A DNA stretch of 64,000 nucleotides from Ignavibacteriaceae bacterium (GTDB lineage Bacteria; Bacteroidota; Ignavibacteria; Ignavibacteriales; Ignavibacteriaceae), in the NCBI GenBank assembly GCA_013388515.1, contig JACAFC010000196.1:397-64396 (forward strand), given 5' to 3'. Position numbers and translations under genes: made by a program. Of this stretch, positions 27,616-36,142 are shown in pieces. Each line of letters opens with the position of its first letter. Within the stretch, counting starts at the first letter, position 1. The notes below the pieces were generated by a model, which had not been told where the DNA came from, ran no database searches, and saw only the letters and a program-made list of their open reading frames with translations.

Positions 27616-28417
27616 CTTCGGTTACTTTAACAATCATTTCCTTGATATTATTTACAACATGATTAAAACCAACAAATAGTTTGCCCATAAGATCATTTTT
27701 ATTATCTGTTGACAATCTTGCAGTTAAATCTCCTTCAGCAAACTTATCCATCTCCTTTAACAGCTGTCCAGCCTTTTTCTCAACTTCTTCTTTTTCTTTA
27801 ATGAGCTCCTCGCTGTAACTCTTTAAATTTGTATCTGCCTTTTTTAAGCTTAATGCAAATGCTCCGTTCATACCCTTTACAAGTACTGGTCTAAAATATT
27901 TCCGATTGGTAACATACTCTATGGAAGTAGTTAGTTCTTTAATTAGTGCTTCAAATTGGTCGACGGTATCATTAAGGTTCCAGTATAATTCACCGAATTC
28001 ATCTTTGTTTTGAATCATTGTTATACGTTTTGATAAATCACCTTTTGCTAAACTTTGAGTTTGAAGCTTAATTTTTTCAAGTGAGGATAGTATATAAGTG
28101 AAGATTTCCCATGGAATAAAAATGACTGATATAACCAGCAGGATGTTTGATGCCCAAAAGAATATTGTTAAAAAGATGCTCTCGGATTTTAATTCGCTTA
28201 ACTCTGCTTCCGAGAATTCCTTTTGATTATTCATTACTTCGGAGTAATATTTTTCAACTGCTTCAGTTTGATTGCGTAAGCTGTTTGTTTTAAGATTTGC
28301 AGAAATAAATACAAGCAGCATCAATACTCCCATAAGGGCAGCACGCTGGATTATTGATTTCTTTATGGAAGTAGAATTATAAAGTGAAAATGAATTCTTC
28401 ATAAGATTTGCCTGCAT
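26699..28417 (-). CDS. Methyl-accepting chemotaxis protein with minimal periplasmic loop (CetA/Aer-like transducer)
   Basis: 572 aa. TM1, a ~45-aa loop, TM2, a HAMP domain ([27 protein letters not shown]) and an MCP signalling domain. The 5' end overlaps the PAS gene by up to 41 nt in another frame. Confidence 0.93.
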   Translation of the reverse strand: MQANLMKNSFSLYNSTSIKKSIIQRAALMGVLMLLVFISANLKTNSLRNQTEAVEKYYSEVMNNQKEFSEAELSELKSESIFLTIFFWASNILLVISVIFIPWEIFTYILSSLEKIKLQTQSLAKGDLSKRITMIQNKDEFGELYWNLNDTVDQFEALIKELTTSIEYVTNRKYFRPVLVKGMNGAFALSLKKADTNLKSYSEELIKEKEEVEKKAGQLLKEMDKFAEGDLTARLSTDNKNDLMGKLFVGFNHVVNNIKEMIVKVTEAVEATASAANEISSSAEQMAAGAQQQSSQASEVAAAVDQMTKTIFETSKNTSLAAEASKSAGKVAKDGGKVVEETISGMNTIANVVRTSAHTVQALGKSSEQIGEIVQVINDIADQTNLLALNAAIEAARAGEQGRGFAVVADEVRKLAERTTKATKEIASMINQIQKDTNEAVDSMEKGTEEVENGKLLAQKAGDTLREIISGADKVVDIVSQVAAASEEQSATTEQISKNIESISNVTQESASGIQQIAHATEDLNKLTTNLQELVSRFTINETSSKFSLGSNGKLKKSKKNYDESKVSLIDM

Positions 28418-28928
28418 TTTTTAAAAGGTTATTTAATAGTGCTGAAGAAGCCTGCAACCCTTCTTTTGGTCCATACTTTCGCTCTTCTTCAAGTAAAGTT
28501 TTATACAGCTGCTTAATTTTTTCAAGACGAACTTGATTAGGTTTTCTTCTTACTGAGTAGTATCCCTGTATTTCGCCTTTGTCATCAATTACTGGGGTAA
28601 CATTAGCATGTACCCAGTAATAAGATCCATCGCTGGATAAATTTTTGACATAGGCATTTATTTCTTGCTTCTGCTTAATGGTATCCCATAGCAATTTGAA
28701 TATACAGCGAGGCATATCCGGGTGCCGAACGATATTGTGTTGTTGACCAATTAATTCATGTTCATCATACTTTGCAAATTCCATAAAAATTCTATTGCAG
28801 TAGGTAATAACGCCTTTGGTATCTGTTTTAGATACAATAAAATCATCTTCACGCATTACTTGTTCAACAGAAGTTGGTTGTACTTTTGGTTTCATTTCAT
28901 CTCCAAAATAAAATTGAGATTTAGTCAA
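28377..28928 (-). CDS. Stand-alone Aer-type (FAD-binding class) PAS domain protein
   Basis: 183 aa. [56 protein letters not shown]...[21 protein letters not shown]...GYYSVRRKP aligns with the E. coli Aer PAS region (...GQPHNMVRHPDMPKAAFADMW...NGDHYWVRANAVP...GYMSIRTRA). Confidence 0.85.
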   Translation of the reverse strand: MTKSQFYFGDEMKPKVQPTSVEQVMREDDFIVSKTDTKGVITYCNRIFMEFAKYDEHELIGQQHNIVRHPDMPRCIFKLLWDTIKQKQEINAYVKNLSSDGSYYWVHANVTPVIDDKGEIQGYYSVRRKPNQVRLEKIKQLYKTLLEEERKYGPKEGLQASSALLNNLLKNAGKSYEEFIFTL

Positions 28929-28956
28929 TCTTTTAAGTTTCTAGATTTTTATCCTA

Positions 28957-29880
28957 TTAAATGTCAATCAACGATGCTGGATGAGAGCTGTACTTTTGTT
29001 CTCCTTTTTTAAGCTTTCCATCTTTTGAAACAGAAAGCTTGCCTGGGTGATCGCTTACTTTAAACTGGCTAACCATTTCCTGAAGGCTGTAAGTTAATTT
29101 GTTCAAATCCTCTGCTGCATGAGCAATTTGCTGAATTCCAGAAGCACTTTCTTGCGTAACATTGTTTATGGATTCAATATTCTTGCTAATTTGTTCTGAG
29201 GTAGCAGATTGTTCCTCGCTGGTTGCAGCTACCTGTGCAACTAAATCGACCACTTTGTCAACACCATTGATAATTTGATTAAGTGACTCACCTGCTTTAA
29301 TGGCCAGTTGTTTTCCGTTTTCAACTTCATCTTTGCCTTTTTGCATAGATTCAACTGCACCGGCGGTATCTTTTTGAATTTGATGGATCATGGAAGCGAT
29401 TTCTTTGGTAGCTTTTGTAGTTCGCTCGGCAAGTTTTCTTACTTCATCAGCTACTACAGCAAAGCCTCTTCCTTGTTCCCCGGCACGTGCCGCTTCTATT
29501 GCTGCATTTAAAGCGAGGAGATTAGTTTGATCAGCAATGTCGTTAATAACTTGCACAATTTCCCCAATCTGATCGCTGCTTTTACCAAGTGTTTGAACAG
29601 TTTCGGCGCTCAATCTTACTACGTCTGCTATTCTGTTCATTCCATGGATGGTTTCATCAACAACCTTGCCACCTTCTTTTGCAATAATTCCTGCATTTTT
29701 ACTTGCTTCGGCCGCTTGAGAGGTATTTTTTGTGGTTTCAAAAATGGTTTTTGTCATTTCTTCGACTGCCCCGGCCACCTCTGTTGTTTGTGATGATTGT
29801 TCTTGGGCGCCGGCTGCCATTTGTTCGGTGCTTGAAGAAATTTGGTTTGCTGCGCTTGCTGTAGCCTGAACAGATTCTTT
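28957..29880 (-). repeat. Paralogous MCP signalling-domain module, copy 3 (approximate bounds)
   Basis: As copy 1; shares GCGCTTGCTGTAGCCTGAACAG with copy 4. Confidence 0.7.
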
Positions 29881-30927
29881 AACCTTAACTATTAAATTGC
29901 GGATGTTTTCAACTGCTTTATTAAATCCATTAAATAACTTGCCAATCTCATCATCTTTCTCAGCTATAAGATTTACTGATAAATCACCCTCTGCAAATTT
30001 TTCCATCTCAATAAGCATTTTATTTGTACTATTGGACAAATATTTCTGCTGTTTTTCTATAGCTTCTTTGGCTTTTTCTGTTTCAATTGCGGACCGGTTA
30101 GCTTCCTCACTTTTTTGCTGCGCATCGTTCATTGCAGTCCGGATTTTAGAAAGCATATTGCTGATTGAGTACGTCAGCCGACCGATTTCATCTTTTTGCT
30201 GCAGAGTTTCAACTTCCAGATTAAAGTTTCCTTGCGAGATTTTATCAGCTGTATCAGATAATTTTTTTAATGGGCTTCCTATGGCAGTAGATAAATACAT
30301 GCCTATAACAAAAGCCATGAGTGAAGCAATAATTATGAGGTAAATTGTAAATGAATTTGCGTCAGATGCTGCAGCATCCATTTCAGTTTTTAATGCTTGT
30401 GCTCTTTCAACATTGATAGTTATTAACTTATCAAGGGTTTCAAATGCTTTATTATAATTAGCTACACCATCCTTATTCAAATAAGCAAAAGCCGCTTGAG
30501 CATTTGTTGTATTTGCCAATTCTATAACTTTATCTTTATCAACCTTATATTTTTCCCAATACTCAATAAAAATCGGGATGTTCTCTTCTTCTGATTTTTC
30601 TAATTTGGTTTTGGTGTAATTGTCAAAAATCTCATCGATTTTGTTACTGTTCGATTTCATTCTTGAGCTAAATGATTCTCTCGAAGGAGAATTACCAAGC
30701 AGTATATAATGGCGCAGATCTCCTCTAATAGTGGCCATCATAGATGAAATTTCACCTAAATCATGTATCGGGATTAAACGATCATTGTACAACTCAGAGC
30801 TTTGATCTTGTGTATCATTTAATATGGTATAGTTTTCATACCCCATAAAAACCAGAATAACAACAAGAATAACAAAGGCAAATGTTATTTTTAATTTTAT
30901 GCTAAAGTTTTTTATAACAGCGAACAT
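28957..30927 (-). CDS. Methyl-accepting chemotaxis protein with 4-helix-bundle (4HB_MCP-like) sensor
   Basis: 656 aa. TM, ~170-aa helical ectodomain, TM, HAMP (ISQGNFNLEVETLQQKDEIGRLTYSISNM) and MCP signalling domain. Confidence 0.95.
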   Translation of the reverse strand: MFAVIKNFSIKLKITFAFVILVVILVFMGYENYTILNDTQDQSSELYNDRLIPIHDLGEISSMMATIRGDLRHYILLGNSPSRESFSSRMKSNSNKIDEIFDNYTKTKLEKSEEENIPIFIEYWEKYKVDKDKVIELANTTNAQAAFAYLNKDGVANYNKAFETLDKLITINVERAQALKTEMDAAASDANSFTIYLIIIASLMAFVIGMYLSTAIGSPLKKLSDTADKISQGNFNLEVETLQQKDEIGRLTYSISNMLSKIRTAMNDAQQKSEEANRSAIETEKAKEAIEKQQKYLSNSTNKMLIEMEKFAEGDLSVNLIAEKDDEIGKLFNGFNKAVENIRNLIVKVKESVQATASAANQISSSTEQMAAGAQEQSSQTTEVAGAVEEMTKTIFETTKNTSQAAEASKNAGIIAKEGGKVVDETIHGMNRIADVVRLSAETVQTLGKSSDQIGEIVQVINDIADQTNLLALNAAIEAARAGEQGRGFAVVADEVRKLAERTTKATKEIASMIHQIQKDTAGAVESMQKGKDEVENGKQLAIKAGESLNQIINGVDKVVDLVAQVAATSEEQSATSEQISKNIESINNVTQESASGIQQIAHAAEDLNKLTYSLQEMVSQFKVSDHPGKLSVSKDGKLKKGEQKYSSHPASLIDI

Positions 30928-31005
30928 TATATCTTCTCCATCTTTTCTTTTTTAGAATCTCATATTATTATTTATTCGTAATTCAATTTTTGATTATGCT
31001 TTTGT

Positions 31006-31794
31006 TTAATTAATTGAAATTGTAAAAGCTGCGAAATACCCGAATGCATTTTCTTCATTCTTTCCAATTAAGTCGTGTTGAAAACCAAGCGCAAAAGAAA
31101 AATTATCAGTAACATCATAGGTAATGCCCGGGAACAGAGATAGTTTACTTGAACAGATTTCCTGATCAAGACAAACATATCCCGCTACTTCAACAATAAA
31201 TTGGAAATTACGTTGAATTAAATATCCCCAGCCTAAGCCAGCGTAAATTTGATCGCTCAAATCATTCTCACCAACAGGTGCAGTATAAATCACTGCAATA
31301 TCAATCGAATTATCATCGGAGAAGTTGTAAGTTACAATTGATCCGAATGAGAGTTTGTAGATAAACTCATGTGTGATTGCACTGTCAGCTAAAAATCTAT
31401 TTCCGGCTGGCAAAGAGGTACCGCCAGATAATCCAAATCCTAATTCATCGCTCTGGAACACAAGATACTTGGCACCCACTAATATTTCTTCAGTGTTTGA
31501 TGAAATTGAAGCGCCCATTTCAAAATTTTCTGTCAAGCCGGCAGTCATTCTGAAGTCAAGAGAGGATGAAGTATTCTGCCCTGGTTGTTTGATTGATTTC
31601 CAGTTTTCATTAAAAGCATTCCTAGAATTTAAAACAACAAATGCGGGTTCAAATTCGAATGTTCCAACTGGAAGAATAGTGGCACTTAGCAGAGTTAATT
31701 TGTTTGATGAAACACCAGCAACCTGTGCAGTTACTTCAATTGCGTAGGTTAAAAGCATAAATGACAAACTGATATTTAAAATTTGAAGTTTCAT
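31006..31794 (-). CDS. Putative outer-membrane beta-barrel protein
   Basis: 262 aa with a signal peptide (cleavage around EVTAQ). Alternating amphipathic beta-strand pattern with aromatic girdle residues to the C-terminus (YFAAFTISIN). Resembles small MetA/phenol-pathway-type OM channels, but the family assignment is tentative. Confidence 0.5.
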   Translation of the reverse strand: MKLQILNISLSFMLLTYAIEVTAQVAGVSSNKLTLLSATILPVGTFEFEPAFVVLNSRNAFNENWKSIKQPGQNTSSSLDFRMTAGLTENFEMGASISSNTEEILVGAKYLVFQSDELGFGLSGGTSLPAGNRFLADSAITHEFIYKLSFGSIVTYNFSDDNSIDIAVIYTAPVGENDLSDQIYAGLGWGYLIQRNFQFIVEVAGYVCLDQEICSSKLSLFPGITYDVTDNFSFALGFQHDLIGKNEENAFGYFAAFTISIN

Positions 31795-31850
31795 TACTTA
31801 TTCCATAAATCAGTTGATTTTAATAGTTAATTAAATCAACCCCTGCTATT

Positions 31851-32770
31851 TCAATTTCTAACCAAAAATTTTTCATCTTCATTTTTCATTGTCCTTTTTT
31901 CTTTAATATGCCTTGAAAGATTTGATCTATTGTAGGAATTATCGACTACAAACTTTCCTACAAGATCTTGCAAGGTGAAGGTTAGTTTATTCAAGTCTTC
32001 GGCCGCATTAGCAATCTGCTGAATACCAGAAGCACTTTCTTGAGTAACGTTACTTATCGATTCGATATTTTTACTAATCTGTTCTGCTGTTGCGGATTGT
32101 TCTTCACTAGCTGCAGCTACTTGGCTGACCAGATCCACAACTTTATCAGAACCATCAATAATTTCTTTAAGAGATTTACCGGCATGCTCAGCAGAAAGTC
32201 TGCCTTTTTCAACTTCTGCATTGCCAATCTGCATGGCTTCAACTGCCTGGCTTGTATCCTTTTGAATGTGAGTAATCATGTTGGCAATTTCTTTAGTTGC
32301 TTTGGTTGTTCTTTCGGCAAGCTTTAGTACCTCGTCTGCAACAACAGCAAAACCTTTTCCATGATCACCGGCACGAGCTGCCTCAATTGCTGCATTCAAA
32401 GCAAGTAAGTTTGTTTGATCTGCTATATCGTCTATCACCTGAACAATTTCTCCAATTTTTTTACTGCTCTGCCCTAATGCAATAACTTTCTCGGCACTTG
32501 AACGCACAACTTCCGCTATTCTAATCATACCCCTAACAGTTTCTTCTACTATCATACCTCCATCTTTTGCAGTTTTGCCTGCAGATTTGCTTGCATCGGA
32601 TGCAAGAGATGTATTTTTTGAAGTTTCATAAATTGATTTGGTCATTTGTTCAACGGCACTCGCAATTTCAGAAGTCTGCGAGGACTGTTCTTGTGCACCT
32701 GCTGCCATTTGCTCTGTACTTGAAGAAATCTGATTTGAAGCGCTTGCTGTAGCCTGAACAGTTTCAATAA
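31851..32770 (-). repeat. Paralogous MCP signalling-domain module, copy 4 (approximate bounds; C-terminal tail differs)
   Basis: As copy 1; contains a 62-nt tract (31987..32048) matching 24275..24336 at 61 of 62 positions. Confidence 0.7.
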
Positions 32771-33911
32771 TTTTTCCAATAAGATCAGATAATGAATCTC
32801 CCAATCTGTTGATATCATTTTTTAATTGTTGATGTTCACCTTTATAATTGCCGGTCATTCTTGCAGTAAAATCTCCATTAGCATAACGTGCAAGAATTCC
32901 TGAACTTTCTTTAATAGGCGCCGTTAAATATTCGAAGGTAGAATTAAATCCAGATATGATAGTTTTGAACAAACCTTTATGTTTTTGTTCATTTGCCCTA
33001 AGTGATAAATTTCCAGACTCAGCATGTCCGGAAAGCAGTAAAGTATCATCAGTTAGATTTGTAAGAGAATCTTTTATTTCACGAACCGATTTACCGAGAG
33101 TATCATTTTCAGATAATAATTTTACTTCAGCATCAAAGTTCCCATTTGCAAACTCGTGAACAGTAGCTGCTTGTGAATTCCAATTTGCCAGCAGGACATT
33201 TATTGAATCGGCCAGTTTTCCAAACTCATCTTTTCTTCTGCAAGTAACCAAGGTATTTAGGTTGCCTAGCGAAAGTTCTTTTATGTTTTGGATGAGTTGA
33301 AATAAATCAGTAAGAATATTCTTTTTGATTAGGTAAATTAGGAACAGCCCAATAAAGGCAACTAAGAATAAAATTACCACAGCTCCGCTAATTCTTTCTG
33401 CCATTATAGCTGCTTCAGTTTCTTCTAAAGAATATCTTATACTCATCACTGCAAAAACATCGCCAGCTTTTCCTTCGTGGCAAGACAGACAGTTTTCTTC
33501 AGCTTTAATTGGCCGGATCGCTCTCAAAACAGGTAGGTTTTGAAATTCCTCAGTTTCAGATTTAACACTTTTCGACTCAACTATCTCCCTTTCGGCTGCA
33601 TCCATCTCTTCAGCTTTTGATTCATCAATTAACTTTGTAGGTACAATTCTTAAGTCTTTAATGTTATTTACAACCTTCATTCTTTTAATGAAAGGAGAAA
33701 CATCGGTTATACCTTCAGCCATTGCAAAGGTTATGGACTCTTCCATTGAATGGCTTAATTCATCAATTGCTTCATTGGCTGTTTTTAGCTTTTGATTTTC
33801 GGAATAAGAAAGAAAAACTATCAGGCCAAGGCTGAGAAAAGTTATAACTCCTCCTACTACAAGGAAGGAGATTTTTTTAGAAATTGACGTACTTATTCCT
33901 TTAGTTTTCAT
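31851..33911 (-). CDS. Methyl-accepting chemotaxis protein with periplasmic CXXCH (c-type heme) sensor domain
   Basis: 686 aa. A ~130-aa ectodomain between two TM helices contains [23 protein letters not shown] (C141-x2-C144-H145; codons at 33477..33494), resembling the heme-c Tll0287/DUF3365-type PAS-like domain. Followed by HAMP-type linkers and the MCP signalling domain. Confidence 0.88.
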   Translation of the reverse strand: MKTKGISTSISKKISFLVVGGVITFLSLGLIVFLSYSENQKLKTANEAIDELSHSMEESITFAMAEGITDVSPFIKRMKVVNNIKDLRIVPTKLIDESKAEEMDAAEREIVESKSVKSETEEFQNLPVLRAIRPIKAEENCLSCHEGKAGDVFAVMSIRYSLEETEAAIMAERISGAVVILFLVAFIGLFLIYLIKKNILTDLFQLIQNIKELSLGNLNTLVTCRRKDEFGKLADSINVLLANWNSQAATVHEFANGNFDAEVKLLSENDTLGKSVREIKDSLTNLTDDTLLLSGHAESGNLSLRANEQKHKGLFKTIISGFNSTFEYLTAPIKESSGILARYANGDFTARMTGNYKGEHQQLKNDINRLGDSLSDLIGKIIETVQATASASNQISSSTEQMAAGAQEQSSQTSEIASAVEQMTKSIYETSKNTSLASDASKSAGKTAKDGGMIVEETVRGMIRIAEVVRSSAEKVIALGQSSKKIGEIVQVIDDIADQTNLLALNAAIEAARAGDHGKGFAVVADEVLKLAERTTKATKEIANMITHIQKDTSQAVEAMQIGNAEVEKGRLSAEHAGKSLKEIIDGSDKVVDLVSQVAAASEEQSATAEQISKNIESISNVTQESASGIQQIANAAEDLNKLTFTLQDLVGKFVVDNSYNRSNLSRHIKEKRTMKNEDEKFLVRN

Positions 33912-33983
33912 GCGAACTCCCCGTAAAAAGTTTTTAAATAATTTTGCATAAGAAATGATTTACCGCATGTTGAGAACAAATGC

Positions 33984-34469
33984 TTATGCAGTTGCTTCTA
34001 CTAAATTGAATTCGGAGAAGGATAATATTTTTTCTAGATCAAGCAGTATTAATAATCTATCATCCAGTTTTCCAATTGAAGTAATATATTCGGAGTTTAC
34101 TCCGCCAACTATATCGGGCGGTGCTTCGGTAATATCTTTTGATATTCTAAGAACTTCGTTTACTTCATCTACAATAAAGCCCATGGTTTTGCCTTTAAGT
34201 TCAACTACAACTATACGTGTATCTTTTCCATGTTCCTTTCTTGTCATTCCTAGTTTTACCCGCAAGTCAATAACAGGAACAATTCTTCCTCGCAGATTAA
34301 TTACGCCCTCAATAAAATCGGGTGTGTTGGGCACTTTAGTTATTTGGGACATTCTGTTAATCTCCTGAACGCTCAGAATATCAACACCAAATTCTTCTTC
34401 GCCGATTTTAAAGCTAACCAGCTGAAGCAAGCTTTTTTGATCTTTTTTTGTTTCTTCAAGATCTGCCAT
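33984..34469 (-). CDS. cheW: Chemotaxis coupling protein CheW
   Basis: 161 aa, single CheW-like domain (LVSFKIGEEEFGVDILSVQEINRM...ITKVPNTPDFIEGVINLRGRIVPVIDLR). Confidence 0.93.
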   Translation of the reverse strand: MADLEETKKDQKSLLQLVSFKIGEEEFGVDILSVQEINRMSQITKVPNTPDFIEGVINLRGRIVPVIDLRVKLGMTRKEHGKDTRIVVVELKGKTMGFIVDEVNEVLRISKDITEAPPDIVGGVNSEYITSIGKLDDRLLILLDLEKILSFSEFNLVEATA

Positions 34470-34529
34470 AATGAACCTCTCTTATTTTTTTTCTTTACAA
34501 AGAATGTGAAATGAATTCAATTCAATTGA

Positions 34530-34556
34530 TTATCGAACATTTTATGTAATATTTTA
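34530..34556 (-). promoter_or_regulatory. Sigma28 (FliA)-type promoter of the cheW-receptor operon
   Basis: Minus strand TAAA (34556..34553), a 15-nt spacer, then TTCGATAA (34537..34530). About 60 nt upstream of the cheW ATG, with the same geometry as the fliC promoter. Confidence 0.6.
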
Positions 34557-34730
34557 GAGAGAATTGATTAAAAACGATACAATTTGTCTAAGGAGTGTAT
34601 CGAAACAATAATCTTTGATTTCTGCTTGAAATAGAAGAATTATTAGTTAAGTGAGAAATGAAAGTAATTTTACTAACGAATGAGAAAAACTCACCCAAGT
34701 AATTAAATTGTTAGCAGGCAGGAAAAGTGT

Positions 34731-36134
34731 TTAGTTAGTTTGGGCGACCTTTCTTGTTACTTCAATTCCTAATTGTTCCATCCGGTACCTAAGCTTTGAG
34801 CGCGAGAGACCAAGTACTTTAGCTGCTTTAACTTGGTTGTGGTTTGTTATTCGAAGAGTGTCTTCAATTAATTTTTTTAGTACTACATCTATTTTAATTC
34901 CCTTAGCTGGAATTTTTAGGACAAATTTATCGTCAGCTTTAGTAATATCTGTTTGTGCTACCTGCTGTAAAAACTGGAGATGCTGCAGTTTTAGTTCATC
35001 TTCTTCGATTAAAAGAGTTACACGCTCCATCACATTTCTAAGTTCTCTTATGTTTCCTTTCCACGGATATTCTTGAAGTAGTTCTAAAGCTGCAGGATCG
35101 ATTCTTTTGATATTTTTATCAAATTTTTGAGAGAATTCCTTTAAGAAGGAATAAGCTAGAATTAAAATATCTTCTTTTCTTTCACGCAGAGAAGGTACAA
35201 TAACATTTCCAACATTTAGTCTATAAAACAAATCCTCTCTAAAGTTGCCGTTTTTAATTTCATCTGTTAAGTTTTTATTTGTTGCGGCTAAAACTCTAAC
35301 ATCAACTTCAATTTCTTTTTCTCCGCCCAATCGGTAAAAATTTTTTTCTTGCAGCACGCGAAGCAGTTTTGCCTGCATTTCGGGAGAAAGTTCTGCAATT
35401 TCATCTAAAAGGATTGTCCCTCCGGAAGCAAGTTCAAATTTTCCTAACTTTGTTTTTTGCTGGGCTCCAGTAAATGCGCCTTTTTCATGACCAAATAATT
35501 CGCTTTCGGCTAATTCTCTAGGTATTGCTGAACAATTTATTTTAATAAATGGACCATTTTTCCTTGGGCTGTTTTGATGGATATATTTAGCGACCATTTC
35601 CTTGCCAGTGCCGCTCTCGCCTTCTATTAATATCGTTGTATCATAGCTTTTGGCAAGTTTTTCAACTGAAGAAATAACTTTTTTTATTTTAGCACTTTTC
35701 CCAAAAAATTCCTTTAAAAGAGTATCATCTTTATAAAGCTCGTGTAGTTTATCAACCTCTGCCTTTAGATTAACAGTGTTTAATACCTTTTCTAAGATTA
35801 TTTTTAACTGATCTATATCGATAGGCTTAAGTAAAAAGTCGTAGGCACCGGCTTTCATAGCATTTACGGCAATGGCAACATCAGAGTAACCAGTGATCAT
35901 TATAACGGGAATGTTTTGAAATTCTTTTTGAAAGATTTTAAGAAGTTCTAATCCGTTGATAGTAGTTAGATATATATCAAGTAAAATTATATCGGGTTCA
36001 AACTCTCGTACTTTTTCAACTGCGTGTTCACCCACCATACATGTGTCTGTTTCGTAGTTCAATTTTATCAATACACGCTTTAACGTGGTGCAAATTAAAT
36101 CATCGTCATCTATTATAAGTATTTTATTTTTCAT
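34731..36134 (-). CDS. Sigma54-dependent response regulator (NtrC-family enhancer-binding protein; FlgR/FlrC/FleR-like by context)
   Basis: 467 aa. Receiver (ILIIDDD...IILLDIYL), AAA+ domain with Walker A GESGTGKE and the sigma54-contact motif GAFTGA (ELFGHEKGAFTGA), and a C-terminal Fis-type HTH. Confidence 0.93.
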   Translation of the reverse strand: MKNKILIIDDDDLICTTLKRVLIKLNYETDTCMVGEHAVEKVREFEPDIILLDIYLTTINGLELLKIFQKEFQNIPVIMITGYSDVAIAVNAMKAGAYDFLLKPIDIDQLKIILEKVLNTVNLKAEVDKLHELYKDDTLLKEFFGKSAKIKKVISSVEKLAKSYDTTILIEGESGTGKEMVAKYIHQNSPRKNGPFIKINCSAIPRELAESELFGHEKGAFTGAQQKTKLGKFELASGGTILLDEIAELSPEMQAKLLRVLQEKNFYRLGGEKEIEVDVRVLAATNKNLTDEIKNGNFREDLFYRLNVGNVIVPSLRERKEDILILAYSFLKEFSQKFDKNIKRIDPAALELLQEYPWKGNIRELRNVMERVTLLIEEDELKLQHLQFLQQVAQTDITKADDKFVLKIPAKGIKIDVVLKKLIEDTLRITNHNQVKAAKVLGLSRSKLRYRMEQLGIEVTRKVAQTN

Positions 36135-36142
36135 ATTTCTTT

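Noticed and set aside
28377-28417. Calling the PAS/MCP pair a frameshifted pseudogene of a fused Aer
   Set aside because: The 41-nt overlap in different frames is compatible with a frameshift. However, both ORFs are intact and have their own start codons, and bipartite PAS + transducer systems (CetB/CetA) are established. Without reads or orthologues, a pseudogene call is not justified. It is kept as a finding instead.
24133-32770. Four ~900-nt repeated segments considered as possible mobile-element or CRISPR-like repeats
   Set aside because: They are the in-frame 3' halves of four MCP genes (the conserved signalling domain). They are spaced by unrelated sensor domains, with no terminal inverted repeats, transposase or short regular spacers. 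They are paralogy, not mobile DNA.
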